From Polyangiales bacterium (GTDB taxonomy: Bacteria; Myxococcota_A; Polyangia; Polyangiales; Polyangiaceae): a stretch of DNA of 64,000 nt. The notes beneath the pieces are model-generated. The model saw only the letters and a list, made by a program, of their open reading frames with translations, did not search any database and was not told where the DNA came from. Position numbers and translations under genes: made by a program. This document shows positions 63,879 to 64,000 of the stretch, in pieces; position 1 is the first letter of the stretch, and every line of letters begins with the position of its first letter. The DNA lies in contig JBBRLQ010000008.1 of the NCBI GenBank assembly GCA_038231275.1, positions 128,001 through 192,000 on the forward strand. The letters run 5' to 3'.

Positions 63879-64000
63879 ACGTCGCTCGCACGTGGTGCGA
63901 GCTCAATCCACCCACCCGCGCAGCGACGCGATCGGCTCGGTCGTGAGCCCGGTCGCGGTCGCGGTCGCGTCAGGCCCCGTGCGTGCGATCTCCACCCACG

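Overview
High-GC chromosomal window, most likely from a myxobacterium of the Polyangiales/Sorangiineae type. This is inferred from PEGA-domain Ser/Thr kinases, Cys-rich lipoproteins, a myxobacterial-type pilin and a lone FlhA/SctV. (1) 1-14.7 kb is a type IV pilin locus: Ser/Thr kinase, a PilR-like sigma-54 activator, a sigma-54 promoter, two pilins, a six-gene modification cassette, two more pilin paralogues and a PilG/XapA-like gene. The cassette encodes a GT-C-like membrane protein, a methyltransferase-like protein, a radical SAM enzyme, a GT2, an NAD-dependent epimerase and a UPF0104 flippase. This candidate lipid-carrier pilin glycosylation pathway with a radical-SAM tailoring step is the most interesting system here. 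(2) 14.7-37.9 kb holds a CAP lipoprotein, nagZ, hutI, a nucleoside-type ABC transporter, a lipoprotein/kinase/PEGA-like module, ddl, a PP2C phosphatase, an isolated FlhA/SctV, a methyltransferase, AI-2E and HIT genes, and rpsA. (3) 38-47.3 kb holds a small RHH-regulator islet, cmk, aroA, a pheA with altered catalytic motifs, argO/argP and an FmdB-type gene. (4) 47.4-64 kb holds DnaA-box-like repeats before smc, a LexA-boxed dnaE2 overlapping a diguanylate cyclase, a divergent ABC-ATPase + TOPRIM-like candidate antiphage pair, a rhodanese, and fur-katG with a lipoprotein-type KatG. I saw no rRNA, tRNA, CRISPR array or transposase. All calls come from reading motifs by eye; no database searches were run.
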